Assembly (NCBI GenBank): GCA_963770895.1 | Contig: CAVYRF010000002.1 | Location: 5,184,001-5,248,000, forward strand | From: an uncultured Acidobacteriota bacterium | GTDB lineage: Bacteria; Acidobacteriota; Thermoanaerobaculia; Multivoradales; UBA5704 | Direction of reading: 5' to 3' | DNA length: 64,000 nucleotides | Part shown: one piece after another, positions 31,634 through 41,822 of the stretch | Layout of the letters: every line of letters starts with the position of its first letter | How positions within the stretch are numbered: the stretch's first letter is position 1 | Position numbers and translations under genes: made by a program | The notes under the pieces: model-generated | Databases searched by the model: none | The model's input: the letters and a program-made list of their open reading frames with translations, nothing else | Told to the model about the DNA's origin: nothing

Positions 31634-32263
31634 TCAACCGCGGCGTGGAGCGAGGCTTGCGGCCGGCTGGCGCGGCGGCCCTGGCGGTCGGGAGGGCCTT
31701 GCCGGTTGGCGTGGCGCCGGCGTGGCTCCATGCCGTGACGCACCGCGCGCACGGCGCCGTGCCTCGCAACCACCACCGCGTTCCGCCCCGGCGCTGCCAT
31801 GTTTGCATGGCCGTATCGTATACGGCCGCGGCGTCACCAGGGCGGCCAGCCGCGGCACTTCCGGGTGGGCCAGCCCGAGCAGCGGCAACACCTGGGCGGC
31901 GCCGACGTCGCTGAGGTAGCCCAAGCGGCGGGCCACTTCGAGGCAAAAAGAGAGCTCGCGTAGACGGCGCTCGGCCAGCGCCAGCGCCGGCAAGCTGTCG
32001 GCGGCGACACCGGTGGCACCGGCGACGGCGGAGTGGTCGGTGCCGGGGGAGCAGGCGATTTGCACGGCCTCGGCGGCATCCAGCGCCGCGCCGCGCAGGG
32101 TGGGACCCAGCTCGACGGGATCGGCGGCCGGGAAGTGCCGCGTTTCGCGGCACAGGGCAAGGATCAGCGCATGAAACGGCGCCAAGGGCCTGGCAGTCGG
32201 CGCCGGCGGCCTGGCGATAAGGGTGGATTCGATCGAGCTTGCAGGTAGTGACAGAGCGTCCAT
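31634..32263 (-). CDS. Divergent four-helix-bundle (23S rRNA IVP-like) protein
   Basis: TRHFP…LRGAA…LRELSFCLEVARRLGYL resembles this family; the C-terminal extension is doubtful. Confidence 0.5.
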   Translation of the reverse strand: MDALSLPASSIESTLIARPPAPTARPLAPFHALILALCRETRHFPAADPVELGPTLRGAALDAAEAVQIACSPGTDHSAVAGATGVAADSLPALALAERRLRELSFCLEVARRLGYLSDVGAAQVLPLLGLAHPEVPRLAALVTPRPYTIRPCKHGSAGAERGGGCEARRRARGASRHGATPAPRQPARPSRPPGPPRQPAASLAPRRG

Positions 32264-32413
32264 ACCCACCAGAGACGCAAAATCTCCCGCGCAGGTGCCG
32301 CGCCGCCGCCAACTCACCACGCGGCCGCTCGGCCGGCCGCCAAGCTTGGTGTGGAGGACACCAACGCGCCAGGCCGCGGATGGCCTTGGCGCGAGGCCTG
32401 GAGGGATGAGCCG

Positions 32414-32881
32414 CTAGCGCTGGTGACCCGCGGCGCCGCCCTGGTTGCCTTCGCCGGCGGCTTCCATCTTGCCCTTGGCGGGAGGCGGCGTCGCCGGGGC
32501 CGGAGTGACGGACGGCGGCGCTGCGACGCCGGGCGTTGCGGCGGCGGCGGGCTGCGCTGCGGCGGCGGGCTGCGCCGCGGCGGCCGGCTGGGCGGGCGGC
32601 GCGACCTGGGGTTCGGCCGGCGGCAGGGCCGGCAGCTGGACCGACGTCGCGGCTTGTGCATCGGCCGCCGACAGCGGCGCCGGGCGCGCTCCGGAGGGGA
32701 CGCTTTCGGGGACCTGCTGATCGTCTTCGCCGCAGCCGGCAAGCAGCAGCAGGCCGCAGGCCAGCAGCGCCGCCAGGGCCACGGTGGTGAGGGCTCGGAA
32801 GACCGGCGCCGCCGCGCGTACCCCGCGGGACCGGGGCGCCTGGACGGACGGACGGAAACGCGCTTGCAGGTTGCGGATCAT
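32414..32881 (-). CDS. Pro/Ala-rich lipoprotein
   Basis: GGGGAGAG RBS, LLLAGC lipobox, QPAAAA repeats. Confidence 0.6.
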   Translation of the reverse strand: MIRNLQARFRPSVQAPRSRGVRAAAPVFRALTTVALAALLACGLLLLAGCGEDDQQVPESVPSGARPAPLSAADAQAATSVQLPALPPAEPQVAPPAQPAAAAQPAAAAQPAAAATPGVAAPPSVTPAPATPPPAKGKMEAAGEGNQGGAAGHQR

Positions 32882-33262
32882 GTCTCTCCCCTGAAGAGTT
32901 GGTCGGTCGGGGCACGCCGCACGCCCCGGCGGCCGCCCGGCGTCGCGCGCCCGGCCCAGCCGCAAAATCCTGCCAAGCATGCCACACCCCGCGGCTGGGT
33001 GCTCGTGCCGCGACGCGGGAAAGTGCCGTTGCCTGCAATTTCCGGCGGCCTTGCTTCACCTCCTGAGTGGACCTCAATGCGAGGCCCGACCCAATGCCGC
33101 GATGAAATATTTATTTTTGCAAGTCTGTGATGCTTTGACTATGCTTCCTGGACTACAGCGACCTCGGAGGTGAGCGGCGAAGAAAAAGCGCCCTCAGCCA
33201 CTACGGCTAGCCACGACAGTCCATGGCACCTCGCCTGGCGCCTGCCCGACACGAGGGATCCT

Positions 33263-33733
33263 ATGCAAACTCACCGTCTCGTCAGTCTCGCACTCGTCCT
33301 GCTCGGCCTCTTGGGGACGTCCAGGGCCAATGCCAACGATTTCGCCGGCACCTACCTGGCGTCGCTCCCGACGCGGGCGGAGATCCTCCAGCTGCATGCC
33401 GACGGCACGGCGGAGATCATCTTGTCGGATCAGGTCACCGCCGGCGCGGGCGGCTTCACGTTCAGCAACAGCCTGGGTTCCTGGAAGGTCGCCGGGCCAC
33501 GGCAGCTCACCGCCCGCTACCTCGACCTCGACTTCGCCGGCACGTCCTTTTCCGGCACCGCGGTGGTCGATTACGTCTATCATTTCGGGGCGGACTTCCT
33601 CACCATCGACACAAGCTGTCAAGGGAAGATCTTCGCCCCCGGCGTGGAGCCGTTCAACCCGAGCTCTGTCCCCTACGTCACGTTCGACTGTAGCTATCTC
33701 ACCGGACACCCCTACCAGCGCATGCCGCTCTGA
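33263..33733 (+). CDS. Small secreted beta-rich protein
   Basis: GAGGG RBS; signal peptide MQTHRLVSLALVLLGLLGTSRANA. Confidence 0.7.
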   Translation: MQTHRLVSLALVLLGLLGTSRANANDFAGTYLASLPTRAEILQLHADGTAEIILSDQVTAGAGGFTFSNSLGSWKVAGPRQLTARYLDLDFAGTSFSGTAVVDYVYHFGADFLTIDTSCQGKIFAPGVEPFNPSSVPYVTFDCSYLTGHPYQRMPL

Positions 33734-33837
33734 GGCCACCACGCCGCGCCGTGCCTCCGCCGGCGAAGCGTTCCAGTCGTCGATCCTGCCCAGGCGCGCC
33801 GCGGCCGGGCCGGTTCCGGCGCCGGCTGCCGTCTGGG

Positions 33838-35619
33838 TCAGTGGGCCAGCAACCAGCTGGCGGCGAAGAGGACGGCGGCGAGGGACATGAGCACCAGGCC
33901 CAGCCGGTCGGCGGGGGTGGCGGCGTGCAGCCAGGCGCCGGATAGGAGGAGCGCCGCGGCGGTGACGGTCCAGATGAGGCGGCGGACGATGCGCTCCAGG
34001 CGCTCGCGGGCGCGGCGGGCTTCGGCGGGCAGGGCGGCTTCGAAAGCCAGGGTGCCCTGTTCGGCGCGGGCCAGCAGCGATTCGAGGCGGCGCGGCAGGG
34101 TGAGCAGAGTGGCGGCTTGCAGGCGCAGCTCGCCGGCCAGCCGCCGCCAGTCGCGGCGCAGCTGGTCGGCGGCCAGCTGCTCGGCGAAGGGCAGGGTTTC
34201 CTCCCAGGGGTTGAAGGCGGGATCGAGCTGGGTGCTGAGGCCGGCGAGCAGGCCGACGGCGCGGCCGACGAAGAGCAGGTCCACCTGGACCTGGAAGGGC
34301 GCGGCGTAGAGCAGATCGCGGTACTCGCTCAGCAGGCTGCGGGCCTCGGCCAGGGCGACGTCGCGCAGGTCGCCGATGCGCACGCCCCAGAAGCGGTCGA
34401 ACAGTGCCGCATGCATCTCCTCCAGGCGCCGCAGGTCGGCCCCCGGCAGCAGCACGCCGGCCATCATGTAGGAGCGGACGACGCGCGCGGCGTCGCGCGT
34501 GCCCAGACCGATCAGGTATTCGCGCAGGGCGCCGCGCAGGCGCTCGGGCACCTCGGCCACCATGCCGAAGTCGACGAAGACGATCTGGAACGGCCGGGCG
34601 GCCCCGGTGCGGGGAGTGGCTCCGCCGCTGCCGGCGATGGCGGCGGGCCGCTCCACCGCCTGGCCGGGCGCCGCCGGCGCTTCGCCGCCGACCGGCAGGG
34701 GGCGGATGAACAGGTTGCCCGGATGCGGATCGGCGTGCACGAAATGGTGGACGAAGATCTGGCGCATGTAGACCTGATAGAGGTCGCGCGCCACCTGGCA
34801 GCGGTCGATGCCGGCCGCGTCCAAGGCGTCGGTGGCGGAGATCTTGAGGTAGCCGACGTCTTCGAGCGTCAGGGTGTGGCGCCGGCTGTAGTCGTGGAAG
34901 ACGCGCGGCACGTAGACGCGGCGGTCGCCGGCGAAGTCGCGCGCAAAGCGCTCGGCGTTGCCGGCCTCGGCGGCCAGGTCGAGCTCGCGCCGGGTGACGG
35001 TGCGGAACTCGCGGTCCAGGCGGTCCAGGTCGACGCGGCGGCGCAGCCGGCGCCACAGCTTGAGCAGGCGCACGGCGAGCGAGGTGGCGGCCAGGTCCGT
35101 TTCGACCAGCACCTCGATGCCCGGACGCAGCACCTTGACCACCACCCGCTCGCCGCCGGGCAGCACGGCGCGGTGCACCTGGGCGAGCGACGCGGCGCCG
35201 GCGGGCGTCGCCTCGAAGCTGACGAAGACCTGGCCCAGCGGGCGGCCGAAGTCCTGCTCGACCTGGGCGACGATCGCCGCCAGCGGCTCGGGCGGCACCT
35301 CGTCCTGCAGGCCCGCCAGCTCCTGGATGAGCGACGCCGGCAGCAAATCGACGCGGGTACTGAGAAACTGCCCCAGCTTGATCAGCACGCCGCCCATCTC
35401 GGCGGCGAGCGAGCGATAGCGCCGCGCGATCCGCCGGTAGCGCTCGACCGCCGGGCGCCGGAACCGCGCCAGCCCCGGCAGCGCCATCACCACGTCCCAC
35501 CACAGCGCCTGCAGGAAGACGCCCGTCACGAACCGGCGCATCTTGCGGTAGCGTCGAAAATTGAGCGCCACCGGCCGCTCGCCGGTGGAGGAGGAGGCTG
35601 GGTTTGGGCTGTCGTCCAC
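33838..35619 (-). CDS. AarF/UbiB (ABC1) family atypical kinase
   Basis: IKLGQFLSTR, LQD, AASLAQVHRA, VKV, HADPHPGN, DFGM; two C-terminal TM helices; start approximate. Confidence 0.92.
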   Translation of the reverse strand: MDDSPNPASSSTGERPVALNFRRYRKMRRFVTGVFLQALWWDVVMALPGLARFRRPAVERYRRIARRYRSLAAEMGGVLIKLGQFLSTRVDLLPASLIQELAGLQDEVPPEPLAAIVAQVEQDFGRPLGQVFVSFEATPAGAASLAQVHRAVLPGGERVVVKVLRPGIEVLVETDLAATSLAVRLLKLWRRLRRRVDLDRLDREFRTVTRRELDLAAEAGNAERFARDFAGDRRVYVPRVFHDYSRRHTLTLEDVGYLKISATDALDAAGIDRCQVARDLYQVYMRQIFVHHFVHADPHPGNLFIRPLPVGGEAPAAPGQAVERPAAIAGSGGATPRTGAARPFQIVFVDFGMVAEVPERLRGALREYLIGLGTRDAARVVRSYMMAGVLLPGADLRRLEEMHAALFDRFWGVRIGDLRDVALAEARSLLSEYRDLLYAAPFQVQVDLLFVGRAVGLLAGLSTQLDPAFNPWEETLPFAEQLAADQLRRDWRRLAGELRLQAATLLTLPRRLESLLARAEQGTLAFEAALPAEARRARERLERIVRRLIWTVTAAALLLSGAWLHAATPADRLGLVLMSLAAVLFAASWLLAH

Positions 35620-35981
35620 GAATCGTCGCGGTGTCCGCCGCTGCCGCACCTGGCGCCGGCAACCCGGCAGTGAGGCGCCGCGGCCTTCGTCCGCGGCCCA
35701 AAGATGAACCACCGCCGGGGTCGCGGTCAATCCCCGGCCGCACCTGCCGGCAAGCCAGAGCAGGCCTGCGCCGCGCTCGCCGGGGACGCGGTGGCCAAGG
35801 ACTCTGCTCGCCCCCTCTTGGCGCGCTTCAGGCCATGTCAGCGGATCGCGACGAACCGGACCTATGGCGCACAGGTGGTATGGACGACTCCCCATCGCGC
35901 AGGTTTTTTCCGTGGCTCCAGCGACAGATTTGAAGCGGCACTGGTCGAGCTTGGCCAGCGTGTCACGGTTGATGCAGATAT

Positions 35982-36033
35982 AGCGTGACTGAAAATCACG
36001 GTGTCGGCGGTTCAATTCCGTCCCTGGGCACCA
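35982..36033 (+). pseudogene. 3' half of tRNA-Phe(GAA); att-like core sequence
   Basis: Anticodon arm cgtga-ctGAAaa-tcacg, T arm ggcgg-ttcaatt-ccgtc, acceptor 3' strand cctgggc-ACCA. No complementary gcccagg or D arm upstream. Confidence 0.85.
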
Positions 36034-36272
36034 AATAAGCCCAATAAAATCAATGATTTACGAGTAGTCGCCGGCCGAGGTGTCTTCGCTCGTTTGGCGC
36101 CAGGGCTGTCGCTGGGCTGTCGCGGATCGGGTTTCGCGAGCCCGGCCGGTCGGCCGCTGAGCAGCCCGCGACGGGGTCCAGAGTTGCCGAGAAGAGGCGC
36201 CGAGGAGCGGCGAAGGCCGTCAGCTGGCGGCACTATGGCCCGCTCGGAGGGGCGATCCCCTGATTGCGAGCT

Positions 36273-36608
36273 TCAGCGTGAGATTTCGACCTCGCCCGTC
36301 AGCTCCTCGGGGTCGACCTGGACCGCCGGTACCGACGCCTGGCCAAGCGTCTCCAAGAAAAGCTCCACTGGAAGGTCTGCCATCCTCGCAGCCTGAGCCA
36401 GGGTCAACTGCTCGGCCGCGAAAAGCCGGATAGCCAATGCGCGGTGCACCCCGAACGACAGCAGAAGGTCGTCGAACGGTACCGCCAGGATCACAGGCCG
36501 GCCGTGCTTCGTGATGATCGAGAGCTTGCCCTCCTCGGCACCACGCATCAGGTCGCCCGAGCGGTTGCGCAGATCGCGGATGGTGAAGATGCCGAAGGGC
36601 TCTCTCAT
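36273..36608 (-). CDS. Antitoxin-like protein, Phd/YefM-like N-terminus plus UPF0175-like C-terminus
   Basis: IRDLRNRSGDLM…IITKHGRPV; AIRLFAAEQLTLAQAARMA. Confidence 0.75.
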   Translation of the reverse strand: MREPFGIFTIRDLRNRSGDLMRGAEEGKLSIITKHGRPVILAVPFDDLLLSFGVHRALAIRLFAAEQLTLAQAARMADLPVELFLETLGQASVPAVQVDPEELTGEVEISR

Positions 36609-36668
36609 AGGTCGATGCGAGCGGCCGCGACGAGTCTAGAATGGCGGACGGGGGCATCTTAGATCGCC

Positions 36669-36977
36669 GTGATCCCGACCACCTACGAGCACATCGCCCT
36701 CGACGACCAGGGTATCCCCTGGATCAGTGCGGCCAACACCAAAGTGGTCGAGCTGGTCGCCAGCGTCAAGGCGCACGGCTGGAGCCCCGAAGAGCTGGTC
36801 TTCCAGTACCCCCACCTGACCCTTGGCCAGGTGCACTCCGCGCTCGCGTACTACTGGGACCACCGCCAAGAGATTGACGCCGACCTGGCCCGCCGGGAGG
36901 ACTATATCGAGCGGTTGCGGGCCGAGACGGGTGATTCCCCGGCCGTCGCCAAGCTCAGAGCCCGAGGCCAGCTCTGA
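36669..36977 (+). CDS. DUF433 domain antitoxin-like protein
   Basis: PWISAANTKV…GWSPEEL…YPHLTLGQVHSALAYYWDH. Confidence 0.85.
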   Translation: MIPTTYEHIALDDQGIPWISAANTKVVELVASVKAHGWSPEELVFQYPHLTLGQVHSALAYYWDHRQEIDADLARREDYIERLRAETGDSPAVAKLRARGQL

Positions 36978-38132
36978 CCCGGCTCGGCGGTTTCTACTGC
37001 GACCACCGGGGTGAACCCGGCAGGCGATCATCCTCCCCCGTATCGATCTCCTCGCCGCGTTTGTAGACCAGCCCAACCGCCTTCCCCCCCGACTAGCTGA
37101 ACGGGCAACGGTCCTTGGCCAGGGGCCTCGTCTCTTCCGACGGGGGTTTGGTCGCCGAGGCCCGCTACCGCCCGACCGTGCGTCGTCGTCGCCATGGGTC
37201 GGACTAGCTGGCTTCCCAGCGCGCGGGACAAATCGGGGCGCCCAGTACTGGGTAGTCTCCCCTGGGCGAACGGTTGCCATCATGCGCTAGTAAATCGCTA
37301 AAATAGCTGTACCCGACGCCCGTAAGTCCAATGTTGTCCATGGAATATGCCTCTGGGCCACTTGCGCGATTCTGAGCAAGCCGTGTGCTCCCCCCTCGCA
37401 GGCTCACGATAAGGCGCGTGGCGCCGGAATCTGAGGCTCGGGCGAGGGGCCATCTGGGCGCCGCGCTACCTGGTTAACCCTTGAACTTCGCGGTCTTCCG
37501 GCACCGTCGCGATCACGGGCCGGACTTGAAATGAGCCGACAGACCTTGCTGACAGCGCCGCGCCGGACGGGCGACGACGTAAGCGACTACTGGTAGACGA
37601 CGGGTGACGGGGGTCACAGGACCGGTGGCCGTCAGGCTGGGGTTGTGTCGCCACCTTCGGTCGACCGTCAGCCATAGGAGAGGCACCGGTTCGATCGCCT
37701 GGCGGGGCTTACCTTGATCGCGGCCGGTGCGGTTGCCTACAGGTCGTCACCGCACCCTCCTGTTCGACTTGGGGCGCATGGACTCTCAGCCCTCCGGCCG
37801 CCCGCCATCTTCGCCGAGCTGGTCCGCAGCCTGCGCCCCGGCACCCGGCATTCCCAACGTCCAGGGCCGATCTCACCTCGGCGAAGGTTGCACCCGCTAC
37901 GCGCTCAAGTCCTCAGCCAACAACGCGGGTCGCTGACGCCACGGCGCGCCCACAGCGGTACCGCCTTACAGCGGCTCGTGACTGACCTCCGGCGACCCTG
38001 GGTCCTTATCGGGAACGAAACACCGTCTTGCCCCCTTGGCAGCCCCCGACGCTCCCCATCTGTCTCGCTGAACCCGGACCTGAGGTGCGGAAGCTCAATC
38101 GAGAGCACCGCATCGTCGATGGAGGTTCAGCC

Positions 38133-38393
38133 GTGTCGCCGACGAAACCACTTGCCAGCACCTCTCGCACCACCGGCCCGCTGTGTGGACCCCGCTTTCT
38201 CCGGCCCGAGCAGGTTGCATCGGCTTACTCCCTTTCCCGGAAGTTTCTCGCTCACGCACGCGGACGGGGTGACGGGCCGGTCTACCGCAAGATTGGGAGG
38301 AAGCTGGTCCTCTACGCCATTGAAGACGTTGAAGCGTGGCTTGCCGCCCGACGGCGTCAATCCACGTCAGACCCAGGCCCCGCGGAAGACTAG
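38133..38393 (+). CDS. Excisionase/AlpA-like HTH DNA-binding protein
   Basis: GGAGG RBS plus GTG; FLRPEQVA…GDGPVYRKIGRKLVLYAIEDVEAWL. Confidence 0.8.
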   Translation: MSPTKPLASTSRTTGPLCGPRFLRPEQVASAYSLSRKFLAHARGRGDGPVYRKIGRKLVLYAIEDVEAWLAARRRQSTSDPGPAED

Positions 38394-38844
38394 GTCCGTA
38401 CCGCGCCGAGCCTGGGCATGGTCGGAACGACAACACCTCCGCTCGTAGTCCATGGCGCTCACCGCCAGCTGGCGAACGCGCGCAACTTGGCGCATCGGGT
38501 GTGCCAGTTCCTCCGACAGGGGCATCGGGCCGAAACCTTGAGGCTTGCGCAATCCATCGCAGGTTGCGCAAGCCGCTTCAGGGTTGTTGAAGGCCACCTT
38601 GAAGGCGCATACCCCTGTTTCGGTCCCCTGTGCCCGGCCTGTGCTCTCTTGCGGCAGCGGCGTTTGTACCGCAGGCTACTTGATGTCGAAGAGAGGCTGC
38701 GAAGGGACACGCCCGAGGTGGTTGCAACTTTCTTGACGCTTACCATCAGGACCCCTCGGGGCATTGAAGGCTTCCACGGCGAGATCACCGGGTTCAAAAG
38801 AGGTGTCGCTCGGTTTGTCGCGAGCCTTGAACTTAGGGGGGCAC

Positions 38845-40289
38845 CAGTAATGTCCGGTTAGAAGTCGAACAGAATGAGTTGGTTAGCCGCAGTGCGCAGT
38901 TCTCGCTGGGACCGGTCAGGCTGGAAAGCGCATGAAACCTCGGTTTTCTCGAAGACCGAGACCGACAAGATCTGTAGACATGTGTAGAGCGAGGCATCGA
39001 GTTGAAGCTCCTTCTTAAGGATGGCAATCAGCACGTAGGTCGCGACGGCGCACCAGATTTGCGTCTTCACGGCGTTCTCGCTGGTGCCCAGGAATCGCTT
39101 GATGCGCAGATGTTGCTTGATCCACTTGAAGAACAGCTCGACCTGCCATCGGCTCTTGTACAAGGCAGCGATCGCCAACGGTGGCAAAGTCGTGTTGTTT
39201 GTCAGGAAAACAAGCGTCTTGCCCGAAAAGGGGTCCTTGAAACGGACGCGCCGCAAATGCTCCGGGTAGGCCTTGGCCGAGTAGAAGCCATTGAGCATCA
39301 CGCGCTGGTCGCAGATCACGCCAGTGGCGCGTTGCGTCTCAAACGAATACACCCGCCGGGCGGCCATTCCATGCTTGGCGCGGGTGACGAAGAAGGCTCC
39401 GGTCTGATGCATCGCATAGAGCCGCGCGAAGTCGACATAGCCGCGATCCATGACGTAGAAGGCTCCAGCCTCGACGGGCAGGATGTCGAGCACGTTCACA
39501 TCGTGAAGTTTGCCGTCGCTGATGAGGATGAACGTTGGAATCGCGCCGCGCAGGTCCAGAAGCGTATGCAGCTTGACCGCCGCCCTGGTCGATTGAAACG
39601 GCGCCCAGTCGAACAGGCTCAGGCACAGATCGATGGTGGTGGAGTCGAGGGCGTAGACGCTGGTGTCGAGATCGAGGACCGAAGGCTCTTGCGCATAGAG
39701 TGCTCTGGCGCGCACGATCAGCCGCTGAGCCAGCGCCTGATAGATACGCCAGTCGCGACGCTCGAGCGCGTCGGCCAGCGTCGAGCGGGCGGGCGCTGCC
39801 TTGATTCCCATGTGGAAGAGCTTGCCTTGATTGGCAGCGAGGCAAGCCTCGATGTCGCGCAGAGACTCGCGCCAAGTGAGCTGCGCGAAGGCCATGATAC
39901 GGAACAGGTCGGCGCAACTGAGGGTACGAACGCCAGCATCGCCCTTGTGTCGCTCGATGATGCGTCCGAAGGTCTTCCAGGGGACGAACTCCATCACCTG
40001 TGCGAACAGCGTCTTGCCCACGTTCATGCGTCACCTCGGATCGGTCTGACCCGAGAGCATCGCAAATCGTCTGCTCAAGATGGGGCATCGCGGTGAAGTG
40101 CGGGGAGCGTGCCTCAGGCCTCAACCGCGGTCTCGAGCCGTCGAGCTCGGAGCCGCCCTTTGCACCGGACTCCAGGTCATCCTGTACGCAAGGCCAGGAA
40201 TTCAAATCGTGGACACCCATCGGAGGCCGCAAGTGCCAGTCACTGCCACGTTTGTGGCAACAGGTCGCCAAAACAACCGGACACTACTG
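38845..40289 (-). mobile_element. IS4-family insertion sequence
   Basis: Terminal inverted repeats cagtaatgtccggtt / aaccggacactactg; 9-bp TSD GGGGGGCAC at 38836-38844 and 40290-40298. Confidence 0.93.
38858..40027 (-). CDS. IS4-family DDE transposase (DUF4372 N-terminus)
   Basis: LDSTTI, MDRGYVD, YKSRWQVELFFKWIKQ (YREK motif). Confidence 0.95.
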   Translation of the reverse strand: MNVGKTLFAQVMEFVPWKTFGRIIERHKGDAGVRTLSCADLFRIMAFAQLTWRESLRDIEACLAANQGKLFHMGIKAAPARSTLADALERRDWRIYQALAQRLIVRARALYAQEPSVLDLDTSVYALDSTTIDLCLSLFDWAPFQSTRAAVKLHTLLDLRGAIPTFILISDGKLHDVNVLDILPVEAGAFYVMDRGYVDFARLYAMHQTGAFFVTRAKHGMAARRVYSFETQRATGVICDQRVMLNGFYSAKAYPEHLRRVRFKDPFSGKTLVFLTNNTTLPPLAIAALYKSRWQVELFFKWIKQHLRIKRFLGTSENAVKTQIWCAVATYVLIAILKKELQLDASLYTCLQILSVSVFEKTEVSCAFQPDRSQRELRTAANQLILFDF

Positions 40290-41261
40290 GGGGGGCACTG
40301 CGAATCATCGAGGTCCAGCCGCGGGAAGATCAGGGGCTTGGGTTGCACTGTCACGTCGTCGCGTTGACGGACCGGCTATCGCCTACGACGGCCACCGTGC
40401 GCAGCCCGAGCCAGCTCAGTACTGAGTGGCGCACGAGTTGCCGTCTAGCCTATGCGCCGCAGGTAGATGCTCAGGTCATCGACCTCCGAGAATCGCGGAG
40501 GCTCGCCCGCCTCGGGTACTACTTGCGGAAGTCTTGGGGGGACGACTTGTCGTGCAGGCGAAGCCGGAGGATGCTTATTGACCCCGACCACGCTGCGGCT
40601 GTGGCTCTCGTTTTCAAGGGCTGCTGCCGCATGAGCGCTGCCGGGCTGATGAAGCAGGCCCTGGCCGCCGGCATTGCCGAATACCGAGCGTCAAGACCCC
40701 AGCCTTCCCTTCCGCCCCGAGCGGAGTCCGCGCCCAGGACGCCGGCGAAGGTGCCGCGCCGCGGGGCACCTCCTGCGAGGCAGCGACCCAGCACGCCGGC
40801 TCCAAGCCAGGAAGCCTCTCCACGTCCGCAGGTCTGCACGCGCTGTGCCTGCCGGTTCATCGTCAGCCGGCGCACCAAGTACTGCGGCGCGGCTTGCGCG
40901 GCTGCTGTCCGAAGAGAGAGGCAAAGAGCCTCGAACAAGGTCTATCAGGCGACTGCGAACGGGACACGGCACCACAACGAACGCCAGCGCCGGTACCGCG
41001 CACGCAAAGGAAAGTGACGGAGCAGTGTTGCCAGCTCCCATCCCTTCAATCCATATCGCCTTATGCTCGATCGCGGGATGCAGCATCCAGGTCGCGGCTG
41101 GTGTCGGCTTCACCTGGAAGAAAGGCGCTCTTCCAGCCCTTGGCACTCCCGAAATACTCCGCGATTCGGAGTCTTCGGACGTCCCGCGTGGATACCCATC
41201 CAGACCCGCACCGAGCTGCTGGCGAAGGGGATTCGGAGCCACTGGGTATCAAGGTCTTCGG

Positions 41262-41822
41262 TGCGTCTTCCGGTTGAAGCCGGCCACTGATTCCGACCAA
41301 GGTGGCCACCTGTTGCGACGAAACCGGCCACCGAATCCAGCGGGAAGGCGGCCACTTTGCCGGTCCGGCCGTAACAGCCGGCCAGGATCGTCGCAGTGGG
41401 TGGCCGAGCTGGTCGCGGCATGGGCCGTAAAGCATTGGCGGAGAAGCGATTGGTGAGGCTCTTTGGGCCTGGCGTCCTGGCAGATTGGACGACCAGGAGA
41501 GGCTATGCCAGCACGGAGAGTAAGCATGGGAAAGAGTCGAGAGGTCCTGCGGTTGCTGTAGGACCGAGGATTGAGCCAGCGACAAGCAGCGGCTTGCTGC
41601 GGGGTGGGCCGCGCGACGGTGTCGGCGATCGAGGCGCGAGCGCGGCGGAGCGGTCTGGACTGGAGCGGCGCCCAGGGCCTGGCGGACGCGGCGTTGGAGG
41701 AACGCCTGTATCCGCCGGCGGCAGTCGAGGTCGAGACGCGGCCGCCGGTGGACTGGTCGCAGGTCGATCGGGAGCTGCGGCGCAAAGGCATGACGCTGCA
41801 GCTGCCGAAGGGGGGAAATTAA
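41262..41822 (+). pseudogene. IS21-family left end with truncated istA pseudogene
   Basis: End tgcgtcttccggttgaagccggccac with internal ggccac repeats. ATG at 41505 gives MPARRVSMGKSREVLRLL*…VDWSQVDRELRRKGMTLQL, with an in-frame TAG at 41559 and truncation after. Confidence 0.8.

Larger units (their letters stand above)
38418..41017 (+). pseudogene. rep: Rolling-circle replication initiator (Rep_1-like HUH), interrupted by an IS4-family element
   Basis: 5' part has CFGPLCPAC and FLTLT; 3' part has LHCHVV (HUH) and YYLRK. Joining 38418-38844 to 40299-41017 restores one 381-aa frame (…ELRGA|LRIIEV…). Confidence 0.8.

Noticed and set aside
35958-36033. Intact tRNA-Phe
   Set aside because: The 5' acceptor strand and D arm are absent.
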